From Schmidtea nova (Eukaryota), in NCBI GenBank assembly GCA_044892505.1, contig CM097883.1, positions 413,168,001-413,232,000 of the forward strand: a stretch of DNA of 64,000 nucleotides, read 5' to 3'. The notes beneath the pieces are model-generated. The model did not search any database, was not told where the DNA came from, and was given only the letters and a program-made list of their open reading frames with translations. How positions within the stretch are numbered: the first letter of the stretch is position 1; every line of letters starts with the position of its first letter. The translations under genes were made by a program, and so were the position numbers. Shown piece after piece: positions 50,374 to 62,272 of this stretch.

Positions 50374-51819
50374 ATTCCATCTAAAGAAAGGAGTTAAGTT
50401 TATTGAAGTAATTTTGAATTTATTCATGGATATTTCTTTTATCTTGATTTAAAAAAACAAATTCTTTTAAAAATATTTATTGAAATTACCAATAAAAACA
50501 ATAAATATTTAATTTATAACAGTTTGATATTCTATTTAAGATCACATCATATATATGTCAAAAATCAGTTAATGGAAATAAACTTTGTGAAAACAAACAT
50601 CTCGATCGAAATTATTTCCTTTTGCTTTTCTTGAATGAAATTATTTTCTTTTGCTTTTTTTATTCAGATTATTTTCTTTTGACTTTTTTGATTTTTTACG
50701 TACCCGATTATAACCTAATTAATAATAATTGTTAGTTGCAATAGAATTGCATTCCATTTCTGTATTCATTTTACTTGTCAATAATAAGATAAGTCCAAGT
50801 AGAAATATATTACATAAGATAATCTTTTATGGAAAAACTTTCTGCGACAATTTTAATTCAACATTCAAATTATTTTAAAAATAAAATATTGAAATTTACA
50901 AATGAAAAGATTTTTCAATCAAATATATAAAGTTTTCAAAAATTAAAATATTTATCAGACAAACCTTAATGTAATTTTAAATAGCATTTTAGATTTTAAA
51001 ACAGTGATTCTTCATAATTTCTTTCACAACCGTATTTTAAAACCCTTTCAGTATTTCTCATTTCATATTGTCTTTTTCGTCTTTTAACAAGTACCTCCTT
51101 TCAAGCATTATATTTATTATCATATATGGTCCTTCACATCTTTTTTCGTATTTATTTTGAATCTTTTGCTTTATATGTATAGGGTTTCTCATTTGATAAT
51201 ATAACTTTTGCATTAGATAGTATTAATATTTCATTTATTAGTGTTTTTTGATAATTTTTTTAGATGAATTTTAATACAAAATAAATACCTTATTCTTTGT
51301 CGTACCAGGTCTTATCGGGCTGAAAAAAAATGAAATCAACCATAAAATTCAAAAACACTAGCGTGTAAATCAATGATTCTAAACCTTTTCTTGGTTTGAG
51401 GCATACTAAATAAATCTTAAAATTTTCGCGCAAACCTGGAAAAATTTAGTTTTATGGCATAAAGTTGTATATTCATTTAGCCGTTGACCGTTCTCTACTA
51501 ACCAATTTCGGGCCAATTAGCCGTTCCAATGAAAACAAAGACTGCTAATGAAAACATTGTTTGCAGGTGGAGATCTGAAGAATGAACAAACTGATTTGGG
51601 TAGGAATATATAGTATTATATATTATTAATTTATTTAACAAGTGAAATTTGTAATATCTGATTAAAGTTTTATTGAGTTCATTTGCATTTTGTTATTTGA
51701 TCTATATAGTTTTTAAATATATATGACAGACTTAATTTTACGTTAAATTAGATTACATATTTTTCATGAAGGCTGTCCATGTTTACCTAAGTGTCGGGTA
51801 TTAATTTCTGAATCCTCGT

Positions 51820-52580
51820 GCTGTTATTTAAATGAATCAAATCACCAAACACGATAAATTTTATTTAATCTAGCACAATGATATACACTTATAAATAACA
51901 CTCATTTATCTACACTTTCGCTGCGATAAGAATAAATATTTCAACGGGAAATGCAATTTCTGGTACGCAAATTTGATTTAATTGGCTGATACTATCACAC
52001 TGCACATTTCTAACCTCTTATTTATTTCTGAATTTTACTTAAATATCTTTTCGACCATCTAGCGAGAATAATGAATTTGTTTCCACTTTTTAGAGTATTT
52101 TTCTAATTGAATATTAAGATTACACCGAAATCGGCATCTTAATACTTGGCAACGTAATAAAAATTTGGTTATAAAACAATCTATTGATTTAAAATCAAAC
52201 TTTAATCTAAATCTATATTAAATTTTTAATAAAAAAGAATTAATAGAATTGTTTGGTTTATTTTTATAAGTCGGTTTTAATACCTGACTCACCGTGCTCT
52301 TTATTTTAAATTAATCAAATCACCAACACAATAACTTTTATTTGTTCTAGCACAATAATTTACACTTTTCAATACACTTCGTCTGGACTCGCTGCGCTAG
52401 AGAGTGAATGTCGCAATGGGAAATTCCATTTCTTGTACGCAGAATAGAATTAATTTACTGATGCTATTAAACTGTCATCGGTTCCTTACCTCGTTTTTAA
52501 TTCTCAAATTATGAACGTTTCTTCGACCAACTGGCCAGAATAATGAATTCATATACTCTTTGTATTGTTTCTCTAAATGA
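51820..52580 (+). repeat. Two diverged tandem copies of a ~290-bp LTR-like unit (51820-52110, 52290-52580)
   Basis: Shared AATCAAATCACCAA-CAC-ATAA-TTTTATTT--TCTAGCACAAT, TCGCTGCG, GGGAAAT and TTCGACCA blocks; related starts near 44110 and 60131. Confidence 0.55.
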
Positions 52581-53449
52581 ATAATTTCCCGATTTTGATT
52601 GACTTATTGGTCAGGATCTCTCGCTCAATTTGTCTAGAACTAATTAAGTCATCTTAGGTTTGAATGCCATTTATCGCTCGGGTCTTCCTTTTTTCCATAG
52701 AGTTTCACGATAATTAATTTTGTCGGGGTAATTGGGTTAGCTGTTGTGCGCCCAGCCTTCCTCTAAATCATCCGATTTCCCCTGGTAATTAGATAATTTT
52801 GTTGATGACTTCGGATTTCCCATTAGGTAATTAAGTTTATTTGTTTTCTTAATATTTTTTTCTGGGAACCCACATTGATTTTATATTATAAAATTTGACT
52901 TTGTCTCATCATTTGCTAATCGCCCATATTAGTTTTTAATTTTTCTAAAATTTTAATTAATTTTTGAATTTTCTTGTTTTTGTCGGGTTGTTGGCGAAAT
53001 TTAAAATTTACTAATTAATTCTCTGACTCCAAGCATGCTTCATTTGACCCACAAAATACTAATTTTCAGACAATATAAACTTTTATTGATTATCATAGAT
53101 GGTTAAACAAATTACAATGACACGTCCAAGCCAATAACACAACTGGTAATTATACAGCGCTTACTACAACACTTCGCGAGGAATAGGACTATAGCAACAG
53201 TCTGTAATTAAGGGTCACAAAGACACTTATTACAGGCAATTGCTGAGTAATAATTATTTATTATATTTTTTAAATCATATTTTAAAGCTGTTTTAACATA
53301 TTTTAATTTAATTACATATTTTATTTAATATTTTAAGTTAAATATCTATTTATTTTATTAATATATTTTTTAGATATTTATGAAATACTGGAAAAGGTAA
53401 GTTTTTATAATTTTTATTCGACAATTAAATTACATGTGCTTATTTAAAT

Positions 53450-53760
53450 GTCCCCCAAGATTTCCTATTTGAATAAAGACTTTGGGAAGATCCTTTTTCT
53501 TGTTCTTCCTCCACAAACCTTTTGACTGATTCCGTTCGAATTTTGCAATCAATAGTACTCCATCCTTTGGTTGCCGCAACTTCTTTTCTGATAGCCGCTT
53601 TTTAATTTACTAAATAAACTTTCTATGGGGTTTAGAAAGGGGCTATATGGCAGCAAGAATTTTATACCGTTTCACCACGTTTCATTACTTCTTTTAGTAA
53701 TTCTTTGTCATGTTTTCTATATCTATGAAAATTTTAGCTACAAATTAAAAATTCAAATCT
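53450..53760 (-). mobile_element. IS630/Tc1 (DDE_3) transposase C-terminal fragment
   Basis: Reverse frame KFLLPYSPFLNPIESLFSKLK. Confidence 0.7.
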
Positions 53761-54342
53761 AATTTACTTTTTTCGATGTTTCACTTCTCCAGATTCGGCT
53801 GGTTGAGGCACAATAACTTCATTTTCTGCATTTCTAAAAATATTTTTTATTAAATATTTTAATAAAATTGTAAATTTAAATTTCTCCTTGATCCTCTCCA
53901 ATAAATGGTATTGTTGATTTCGACGAAGGTTCTGAAATATCTTCATAAATCATGATTTGTTTATATTTGAAAATCCCTTAATTAAAGTTTGTCACTTAAA
54001 TTATGTCCATGTTTTTGTGTTTTTTTATTATAGGGTTTTATGTGTTGTGTAAGTGTGTTTTTTGACCTAAATTATTTTTCTTCTTTTCTATAGTATGGGC
54101 CCGTAAATTATGATTGTGCTTTTTATCTAAGTCTTTATCTGCAATAGGTATGTATATTTTTTCAATATATAATTTAATTTGTTATAATAGAATCTTTAAT
54201 TGCTGCCTGTCTGGTCCTTAATTTATGACTTTTGGTGTATTTTATAATACCTAAAATTTAACAATCACTTACAACTGGGTTTGATTCAACAATTGGTAAA
54301 TTGATTTCGGTTGTCCTCGTAACCTCTGACTTGGTAATTTAT

Positions 54343-54990
54343 TCAGTAGGCTTCGACACTTTTTATTCTTGTTTTGGTAAGTTCAATTTAATATTCTCAA
54401 ATTTACGTTTACCAATAATATGATTCTAATTGACTCAATAAGTTTCTTTTCAATCTCCTCTACTAAAATTTCAATTTCTCCAATCTAATTTCCGCTTTTC
54501 TAATTATTAATTTCTCTCTCATCTGTCATGGGTTCTCCCTTTCATAGCTCATCATTTCCTGGTATCTGAGATTTTTTTTGCTTTTACCATTTCATTGCCT
54601 CCAACATACTCCACATTTCCATCATAGCTCCCGCTTAATCTCTTATATCTGTCAAGATATGCCATCCTTTTCTTTTTATTGTTGCACTCTTTTCTTCTGC
54701 ACTCTTGATATCTGTGACAAGCTGACAAGATATGAATTTTCCTCTTGTTTTTGTTTACCAATTTTGGAATTCATTTTCCCTTTTTGCACTTATTAATTAC
54801 CAATGACATTTTCTTGCTTTATTGTTCGATTTCTTTTATTTTGCTAATACTTTCTCATTTCTCAATTTTTTTGCTCTTCCTTTTCCTTCTCCGAGTTCCA
54901 GAACATCATATCGTTTACCCTGTCAAATTTCCCCCAATTATTTTATTTATTTATGATATTATTTAATTTAATTATTTAGGTATCCTCAAC
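54343..54990 (+). repeat. Dispersed repeat R1, forward copy
   Basis: Matches 765-1462; ends TATTTAGGTATCCTCAACA. Confidence 0.7.
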
Positions 54991-55229
54991 ATGTAAATTT
55001 TTTTTGATCTTTTGCCTTAAAAATTTTAATGCAACCAAATGAAAAAAAACTACAAGAAAATATTAACATTTAAAATTGAATAATGTTAAATAGTATTGAT
55101 TAATTAACTTTTGTTCACAATTTTTTTAAATTTCAATACTTCACCAGCTTTAACCAGAAACTAGATTGCGACTGAAATACAATTGACTTGATATTTATAA
55201 CAATTAATTATTCAGAGTTATAAATTCAT

Positions 55230-56402
55230 TTTTCAAGGTTATAAATTTAATTTTTTTAAATATGATAAATGTTAAAAAAAATATTAAAATATTTTATAAT
55301 TAAAATAAAAAAAATATATCTTGACGTTTTTTTATTCAAATATAACGCTCTCTTCGTAAGGCTTTTTCTAGCCATTTTCGCATAGATCTCCAAAACCCAT
55401 GGCAATGTTCAACATATATATTATTCTCTGATAGAATATCAGATAATGCTTCCTCCACTGTCATTTCATTATTGGATGCTTTCAAGGCTCTGAACTTCGA
55501 TTTAACTATACTGAAAAATTCCTCAATTGTATTAAGTTGAGAGGACCATGGTGGTAAGTATTCTTTACTTATCCTATGCATTTAACAACGAATGTTGCAG
55601 TCAGAGATGGCTTCCATAGTAGAAGAGGGCACAGGTGTGTTTATGTCACAGCCAACGGTGGTTCGCAAATTAAAAAAACTTAACATAACCAGAAAACGTC
55701 TCATTCTTGTGCCGGCGGAACGTAATTCACCAGACAATTTACGCAGGCAAAATTGTTAGATTACCCCCAGAAAAACTAGTTTGTTTTGGATAATTCTGGA
55801 TTCAACAATCATTGTCGGCGCCGTTATGGTTACAGTTATGTTAATGAGAAAGCTTATATTACTGTACCTGGTAAACGTAATATTAATAAAAGCTTGCTTT
55901 GTGCTATTAACAATAAGAGCCCCGTTGCGTTCGAGTATAGATCAGGTGCTTATAATGCAGAGTTACTTACGTCTTTTATTGACAGTAAATTGGCACCCTA
56001 CTTTGCAATGCATCGTGATCATATGTCCAGGATTGTAGTTGAAGCCTTGAATAGGCATAGGATAAGTAAAGAATACTTACCACCATGATCCCCTCAACTT
56101 AATACAATTGAGGAATTTTTCAGTATAGTTAAATCGAAGTTCAGAGCCATGAAAGCATCCAATAATGAAATAACAGTGGAGGAAGCATTATCTGATATTC
56201 TATCAGAGAATAATATATATGTTGAACAGTGCCATGGGTTTTGGAGATCTATGCGAAAATGGCTAAAAAAGCCTTATGAAGAGAGCCTTTTATTTGAATA
56301 AAAACACGTCAAGCTATATTTCTTTATTTTAATTATATAGTATTTTAATATCTACTTTAACATTTTTCATATTTAAAAAAATTAAATTTATAACTCTGAA
56401 TA
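55230..56402. mobile_element. IS630/Tc1 (DDE_3) remnant with an inverted duplication of its 3' end
   Basis: 55590-56310 (+) gives NITRKRLILVPAERNS, DNSGFN..RRRYGYS and YLPP*SPQLNTIEEFFSIVKSKF. 55230-55581 (-) repeats the last ~350 bp. Confidence 0.85.
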
Positions 56403-56476
56403 ACTCTATAATATTAAATTGATTTTTATTTCATTTAAAATATGAAAATCAATCAAATAGAAATGTATAATGCTAT

Positions 56477-57079
56477 TTACTTACCGAAACATGAAAGTGA
56501 TTTCTGACAAATATTAAATTTTTTCTTCTTTACTTTCATATGAAAAGTCCGTTTTTCGTCACAAACTTTGCACAGAATGTCACAATCTCTCGTAACGTGT
56601 TCTTTACCATTATAAGGCACATGAAGAGTTTTTCTACCAGCATTGAAATATCCCACCAACACTTGACCATCGACAACAGTTCTCCCAATAAATCCATCTA
56701 CTGAATTAATTGAAGCGGCTTTATGCGCACCAATTGGCAAATCGAATCCTTTGATTTTTATCCACTCCATATTGGTTAGATTTGGAATCGGTGTTTCAAC
56801 AAAAACCAACAAAGTTTTTCAAAAATAAACGAAAGACAATAATTTGTAAGTTACTTGATACTTGAGTTTTCTTATTACAGATCCATTATAAACGACATAT
56901 GCACAAGGATCGCCTTTAGTTAAAGAGCCAATTAATGTTTGGCCATTATGTACAACTCTAATTACATAGCAATAATCACTGGCAGAAATGGCACCTTTTG
57001 GTATATTTCCATTTTCACCAGGTTGCCAGAAATTATAATTATCAACTTCATCGAAATATTGTTCGTTTTCTTCATCCAT
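56477..57079 (-). CDS. DM9-repeat (DUF3421) protein with two repeats; anomalous junction, possibly a pseudogene
   Basis: Repeat 1: FWQPGENGNIPKGAI..YVIRVVHNGQTLIGSL..YVVYNG..KYQ. Repeat 2: WIKIKGFDLPIGAH..FIGRTVVDGQVLVG..LHVPYNGKEH..DIL. The two ORFs are in one frame, split by a TGA at 56821-56819. Confidence 0.75.
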
Positions 57080-57289
57080 TTCGTTACTAAAATCAGCAAT
57101 TCGTATATTAAATCAATTACAAATTAATACTAATATACATTTAAATGTAATGACTGCAGTAAAGTACGAATTTAAATACTACACGATTACACAATTGATG
57201 TTGGCACACGATTTAAACACGTGATAATTGGTTATATTATTTGTGAGATGATGACAAAGGTAATTTAATTTAATTTTAAGAAAATAGTT

Positions 57290-57600
57290 TAATTTTGAAT
57301 CAATAAAATGTAATGAGTTTTACACCGTGTTTTACTCAATGGTAGAACATATAATATGGTGGATTACCCATAGGTGTTTGACCACGAATCCTTCTCTCAA
57401 AGAAATCATGCATATCCATTTCTTGTATCAACTCTATAGGTCTTTCCCCATGACTTGCCAGAGATTGCAAAGAAATTTTATAGTTATAATTTGTTATGAT
57501 CAAGTGATTTGGTTCTGAATTACTGTAAAAGTCAGCAATTGAGTAAACATCCAGTTTTAAATACACCGTCATATAATCCAATAACTTGGTAAAATTTGTT
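57290..57600 (-). mobile_element. Relic of a protein-primed family B DNA polymerase (Polinton/Maverick-like)
   Basis: ORF 57336-57581: YMTVYLKLDVYSIADF and IELIQEMDMHDFFERRIRG resemble the recalled YxxLYLKTDVLLLADVF and LELITDxDMxxFxERGIRGG motifs. Confidence 0.6.
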
Positions 57601-58940
57601 TCTTTACTTTTAGATATTCATTATAAATTTATTGAAACAATGGATAGACAGAATTTAATTGTCTACAAAATAGTTTCATTCAAAATTTAAAATGCCGTGT
57701 ATTCTGTTGTGCAAAAGTGTTTTGTAACTAAATTTGTATTTTCACCTATATTAAGTAACTTTATTGAGTTTTCATTGTAATATTGTAAGTACAAAATTAG
57801 AATTCGTATAAATTGGTTCGATTCAAAAGTGTGTATGTCGTTTAGTTTGTGATGCATACGTGATATGTAATTAATTTAATATTTATTACTCATTTAAAAT
57901 ATTTTTATTGAGTTTTCATTGTAATACTGTACATATAAATTAAATTTTCCTATAAAATGGCTTGATTAGAACTTAAGTGTGTCGTTTTGTTTGCATTACA
58001 TGGGTGTTGTGTTGTTAGTTTACCAAATTTTCATTTATATCATCTATTTTACATTTTATTATTTAGATTTGTAAAAAATAGAAAGAATTTCCTTTAAACA
58101 TTTGAATTTTCGTAATTTGTGGCTAATTTTTTGTAATTATTGTTTTTATGCTATTTTGTGCTTTTTACGTTTTTATGCTTGTACTTAATTTTTTATGTGT
58201 TTTTATTATTAATTTGTTATTTTTGGTGTTTTCTATTGATAATTTAATTCATCACAGCAACATCAATCAAATGGTTTAGGGGAATGAGTGATACGTACAA
58301 TGAGGAATTTTATCACAGCAACTTTAATCGGAGAATGTTGAGACAAGGATTGGGTATAATTACTGCCAAAGAATGAGGTTACGATAAATATCATATAAAA
58401 AGTACTATGAAATAATCACCGTTTGAGATTATTTCTGGAAGGAAAATCAATCTGCATTCAGTATTAGAACAACAATCTGAAATCCCAGGAAGACAGATTG
58501 GCAGTAAAACGAAATTCGGAGAGTGACAAGAATAATAAGGGACATGGATAGAAATAAGAGGCAACTGGAAATTCGAAGTGGGGAGAAGATTTTTGTATTG
58601 AAAGAACCTTAAAACAGAAAAAAAGACAAAATTCAATACGAAGGACCATGCAGGATTATTAAATTTAAATCACCACATCAATAAGAAATTCAAAAGGAAA
58701 ATATACTGAAAAAGCGATTTTTGCTATTGAATATATGTAACTAAATTTCCTCAATTACCTGCCACTTGATCCACGTCTAATTTCCTTTTTGTTCATGATA
58801 AGCTAGCTATATTCCCTTGTCAAATGGGAAATATATGCCAAATTCCAAGTACCTCATTAAGTATCTTCCTAATCGATGTTGAAAACATATGATAAGAATA
58901 AAAATAAAAGTTTGAACGCACACTTTGGTAAAATTATTTA

Positions 58941-59315
58941 TTAAAAGTCTATAGAAACAATGTTAAGACCCAAAGGATCTCCTATAATCCTTTCGTGGAT
59001 CTCCACAAATAAAGGAATGTATGTTAGGTAATCTAAAAAATCTACATAGCCTTTATTTTCCCGGTCGAATTTGTGAATAATTGTGTTGATGATATTTTCT
59101 GCTATTCCGCCCGCCATCAATTCAATCGCTAAATTCTTTACAGAAACCGTTCCGTTTGGGAGCTCGTCATTTTTGCTGGACATCAGATTGAATAATTTCT
59201 TAAGTTTTACATTATTTATCCAAAAGCTGACAAAAATTAAGTCACCTTGGCCTTCTCCATTTTCGTGTCAAGCGCTTTGAAATCGAATTTATTTAATAAT
59301 CTTTTGGTGAAAGGC
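58941..59315 (-). CDS. Last two exons of an EF-hand-containing protein (5' exons not located)
   Basis: Exon 59315-59246, 47-nt GT-AG intron 59245-59199, exon 59198-58941. In-frame ...KMEKAK|KLFNLMSS...FDRENKGYVDFLDYLTYIPLFVEIHERII. Confidence 0.7.
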
Positions 59316-59478
59316 CTGAAATTAAAACAGTTTGTAGAGCTGATAGAGTTGAATTAGAAATTAGTTAATAAATATAAATTTTTTTGGAAAAAAACCCGAA
59401 TTAATTTAATTATAAATGTTACTAATAAAACATATTTTATTTCTTTTACTTGAATCATATTCAATATTTTCTATTAAC

Positions 59479-59729
59479 CACCGTATTTCCGGTGTATAAG
59501 ACCCCCTCGAGTAAAAAGACCCCCTCGAGTAAAAAGACCCCCTCTAAACTTAACGGATATAAAAATGTAAAAAGTAAAATGTGTAAAAATAATATAAAGA
59601 ATTAGTTGTAGCTTGAATTTATTTGTGTAAGAGTTTCTTTTTACCATTTTGAATTGAGGGATAAAAATTGAATTTTCATCACTGAATATATGTAAAATAG
59701 GGGGGTCTTTTACACCGGCAAATGCGGTA
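59479..59729. mobile_element. pogo-type MITE, about 250 bp, with internal 18-bp tandem repeats
   Basis: Ends ACCGTATTTCCGGTGTATAAGACCCCC / GGGGGTCTTTTACACCGGCAAATGCGGT; unit AGACCCCCTCGAGTAAAA repeated. Confidence 0.75.
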
Positions 59730-60034
59730 CCCGTTTGGCCCTCAGCTATTTTCCTTGAAACCTTTGGTCATCGACGTTTCCTAAGTTGCAGGCCTAATTT
59801 AGGATAAGCTTATAACCAAATTCGTAACACTCTTGAAATCCAAAGTTTGATTGCGTTCAGTAAGACAGTTTTGTTTCAACAGATTACTTTTTGAACTAGC
59901 AACCGCTCTGGTAACATTTCAAAGACTTATTATACACTTCTAAAAGGTATTATTTTTAAATGTGTTATCGCTTATTTATTATTTTGATCTATGAAAAAAA
60001 AGAATAACACGATATTATGTTGGAAAAAGTTCTT

Positions 60035-61080
60035 TTTAGAATTCAACACTCAGGGTTAAAGATTAACCCAGAAAAATGTGAGTTATTTAGAAAGAAGGTG
60101 ATCTTTCTCGGATATGCTGTAAGCGCAAAATGTTGGGTTGTTTTATTTAAACACTAGATCGATCAAACTCTGTTTCTTCTTTTATCTATATAAAAATCAA
60201 TAATACCCAACACAAAATAATTTTATTTGACTATCACAACAAATAAAAATTTGTCTTTAATTCCAATTTATTCTATCAAGACAATTTCCAATAATTTGCA
60301 CTTTCTTTCGTTTATTAATTTGATTCAAGGTTAATGTAGACAACCCAAGGGATAATTACCTTTTCTGACACGTTTTATTGATGGAAATTTTATTATAATC
60401 GCTTCTTGATTCCCTTCCTTAACTCTTCTAAGCTTTTCTTCATGAAAGTTTAACTTAATTCTTTTCCATTAACTAGCGGCTTGTCTTTTTTCCACTCTCT
60501 TTTTATACCATTAACGAGAAGATAATTATCTAAAATTGCTGAAAGTCTTTGGGCCTTATTTGGACAATAACAAATTAAATTGTCCATCCGTCACTAGCGC
60601 CCGGGTAAGTTTTATCTTTAATTGTTTTGCGCAATTACCCGGGTTCCCGGCTCTCTCGGCACTCCAATGCTTTTAAGGGTTTCCTCATCACTCGGGTTTC
60701 CCATTTAGCTATTAATTAAGTTTTAATTAATTTTTTGTTTCCCAATAATCTTTAGTAGGAACCTTTTATTAAGTTTTATGCTATAATTGAGTCCGTCCTA
60801 TGATTTTGCGTTTAACCATACTCATTCCCCCAATTAATATTAACTTTTAATTTTGGAAATATTTTATTTAATATTTGCGTTTTTAGTTCCTTTTTGTACT
60901 GATCCTAACAAAATTATTGAAGAAATCATAAAGGCAGATAAACCTTAATGTGTAAAGCAGTTAAGATCCTTTTTATGCATGGCAAACTATTACAGAAGAT
61001 TTATTAAAGATCATGCAAAAGTTGCAGCTCCTTGTTTATAGAGAAGGTCATTTAAATACCGATGGGCTATCTAGGATAAA
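60035..61080 (+). mobile_element. Ty3/Gypsy RT/RNase H fragment split by a nested LTR-like insert (about 60131-60890)
   Basis: GLKINPEKCELFRKKVIFLGYAVS stops at TGTTGGG (60131), then resumes DPNKII...KQLRSFLCMANYYRRFIKDHAKVAAP and YREGHLNTDGLSR. Confidence 0.8.
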
Positions 61081-61439
61081 AGGCATGCTATGCGCATAAT
61101 GTCAATCGAGACATTAAAAGGATTAAGAAACTAAAGTAAAAGTTAGACACATTTACATGATGCAGAAAGCAGAGGTAACACAACAAATAATTAGAAGCAC
61201 AAGAAAAAGATAAACAATTTCAAAAGATAAAGAAGTACCTCGATGGTGCAAATTCCAATATGATAACCTTCGATTCAAAAGATTTTCTTTACAAACTAAG
61301 AAATGACTTAATAGTATAGGACAATTTAGTAATGATTAAAAAGGATAGAATGGGATTAGTACTATTCCCTAAAGATTTCAGTAGAATACAAATGTCACGA
61401 AAAGAACTAAATCATTTTGGAGTATAGAAAATCTTAAAT

Positions 61440-62272
61440 CTTCGTGAATATTGGCAACAATACAACATTTTAGACACCGTACAAAATATTAAATTTGCTT
61501 GGGATGAGGTAAAAAACGCAACTATGAATGCCGTTTGGAAAAAAATATGGCCTGAGTGCTGCATCAGAGAAGAGGTTGTGGATATGCCAGCACTTGTGAA
61601 AATTGTGGAAATGGGTAAAAAATTGGGGGTGAAGGACTTGATGATATAAGTTCATAAGATATTTCTGAAGTTTTTGAATGGGCTCAAGGAGATCTTTCTG
61701 TTGAAGAAATGGTAACGTATTTCGCAGACAATAAAGTCATAAAAGACAAAAGTGATGATGATGCAGAAATAGTCAAAAAAAATAGGTATTGAAGCACATG
61801 CGGAATTTTTGAAAATCGACAATAAACTTGGTGAAGAAGCCATTAACTTAGACCCTGATTTGGAACGTACTTTAATATTCCGCAGACGTTTGATTGAACC
61901 ATTAGCGCCGTATAAGGAACTTTATAATTCAACAAATAAAAAGCAATCACTATTAACAAGTTTTTTTACAAAACCCTTGGCGGAAATATCAAATTCATCA
62001 GAATATAGTAGTGAAGACAGCAGTGAAAATGAAATGATGTAAAGAGTATTTCATTTAAATGTGTATTTTATTAAATGAATTTATAATTTTTATTTATTTT
62101 TTGTTTATGTTTAACTTTTATTTATATGTAATATAACTAGTCACTGAATAAAAACTTTATTTGAACTATGTACTTACTTAGAATAATTTCTTTTTTCTCC
62201 AACTTTAATACAAAAGTGGGCTCACAGTGCACGGTTTTTTTCAGAACGTAACTACCGCACAGATCGAGGGAT
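61440..62272 (+). mobile_element. 3' fragment of a Tigger element
   Basis: IKFAWDEVKNATMNAVWKKIWPEC and KKQSLLTSFF; Tigger-like end CAGAACGTAACTACCGCACAGATCGAGGGATA before a TA run. Confidence 0.75.
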
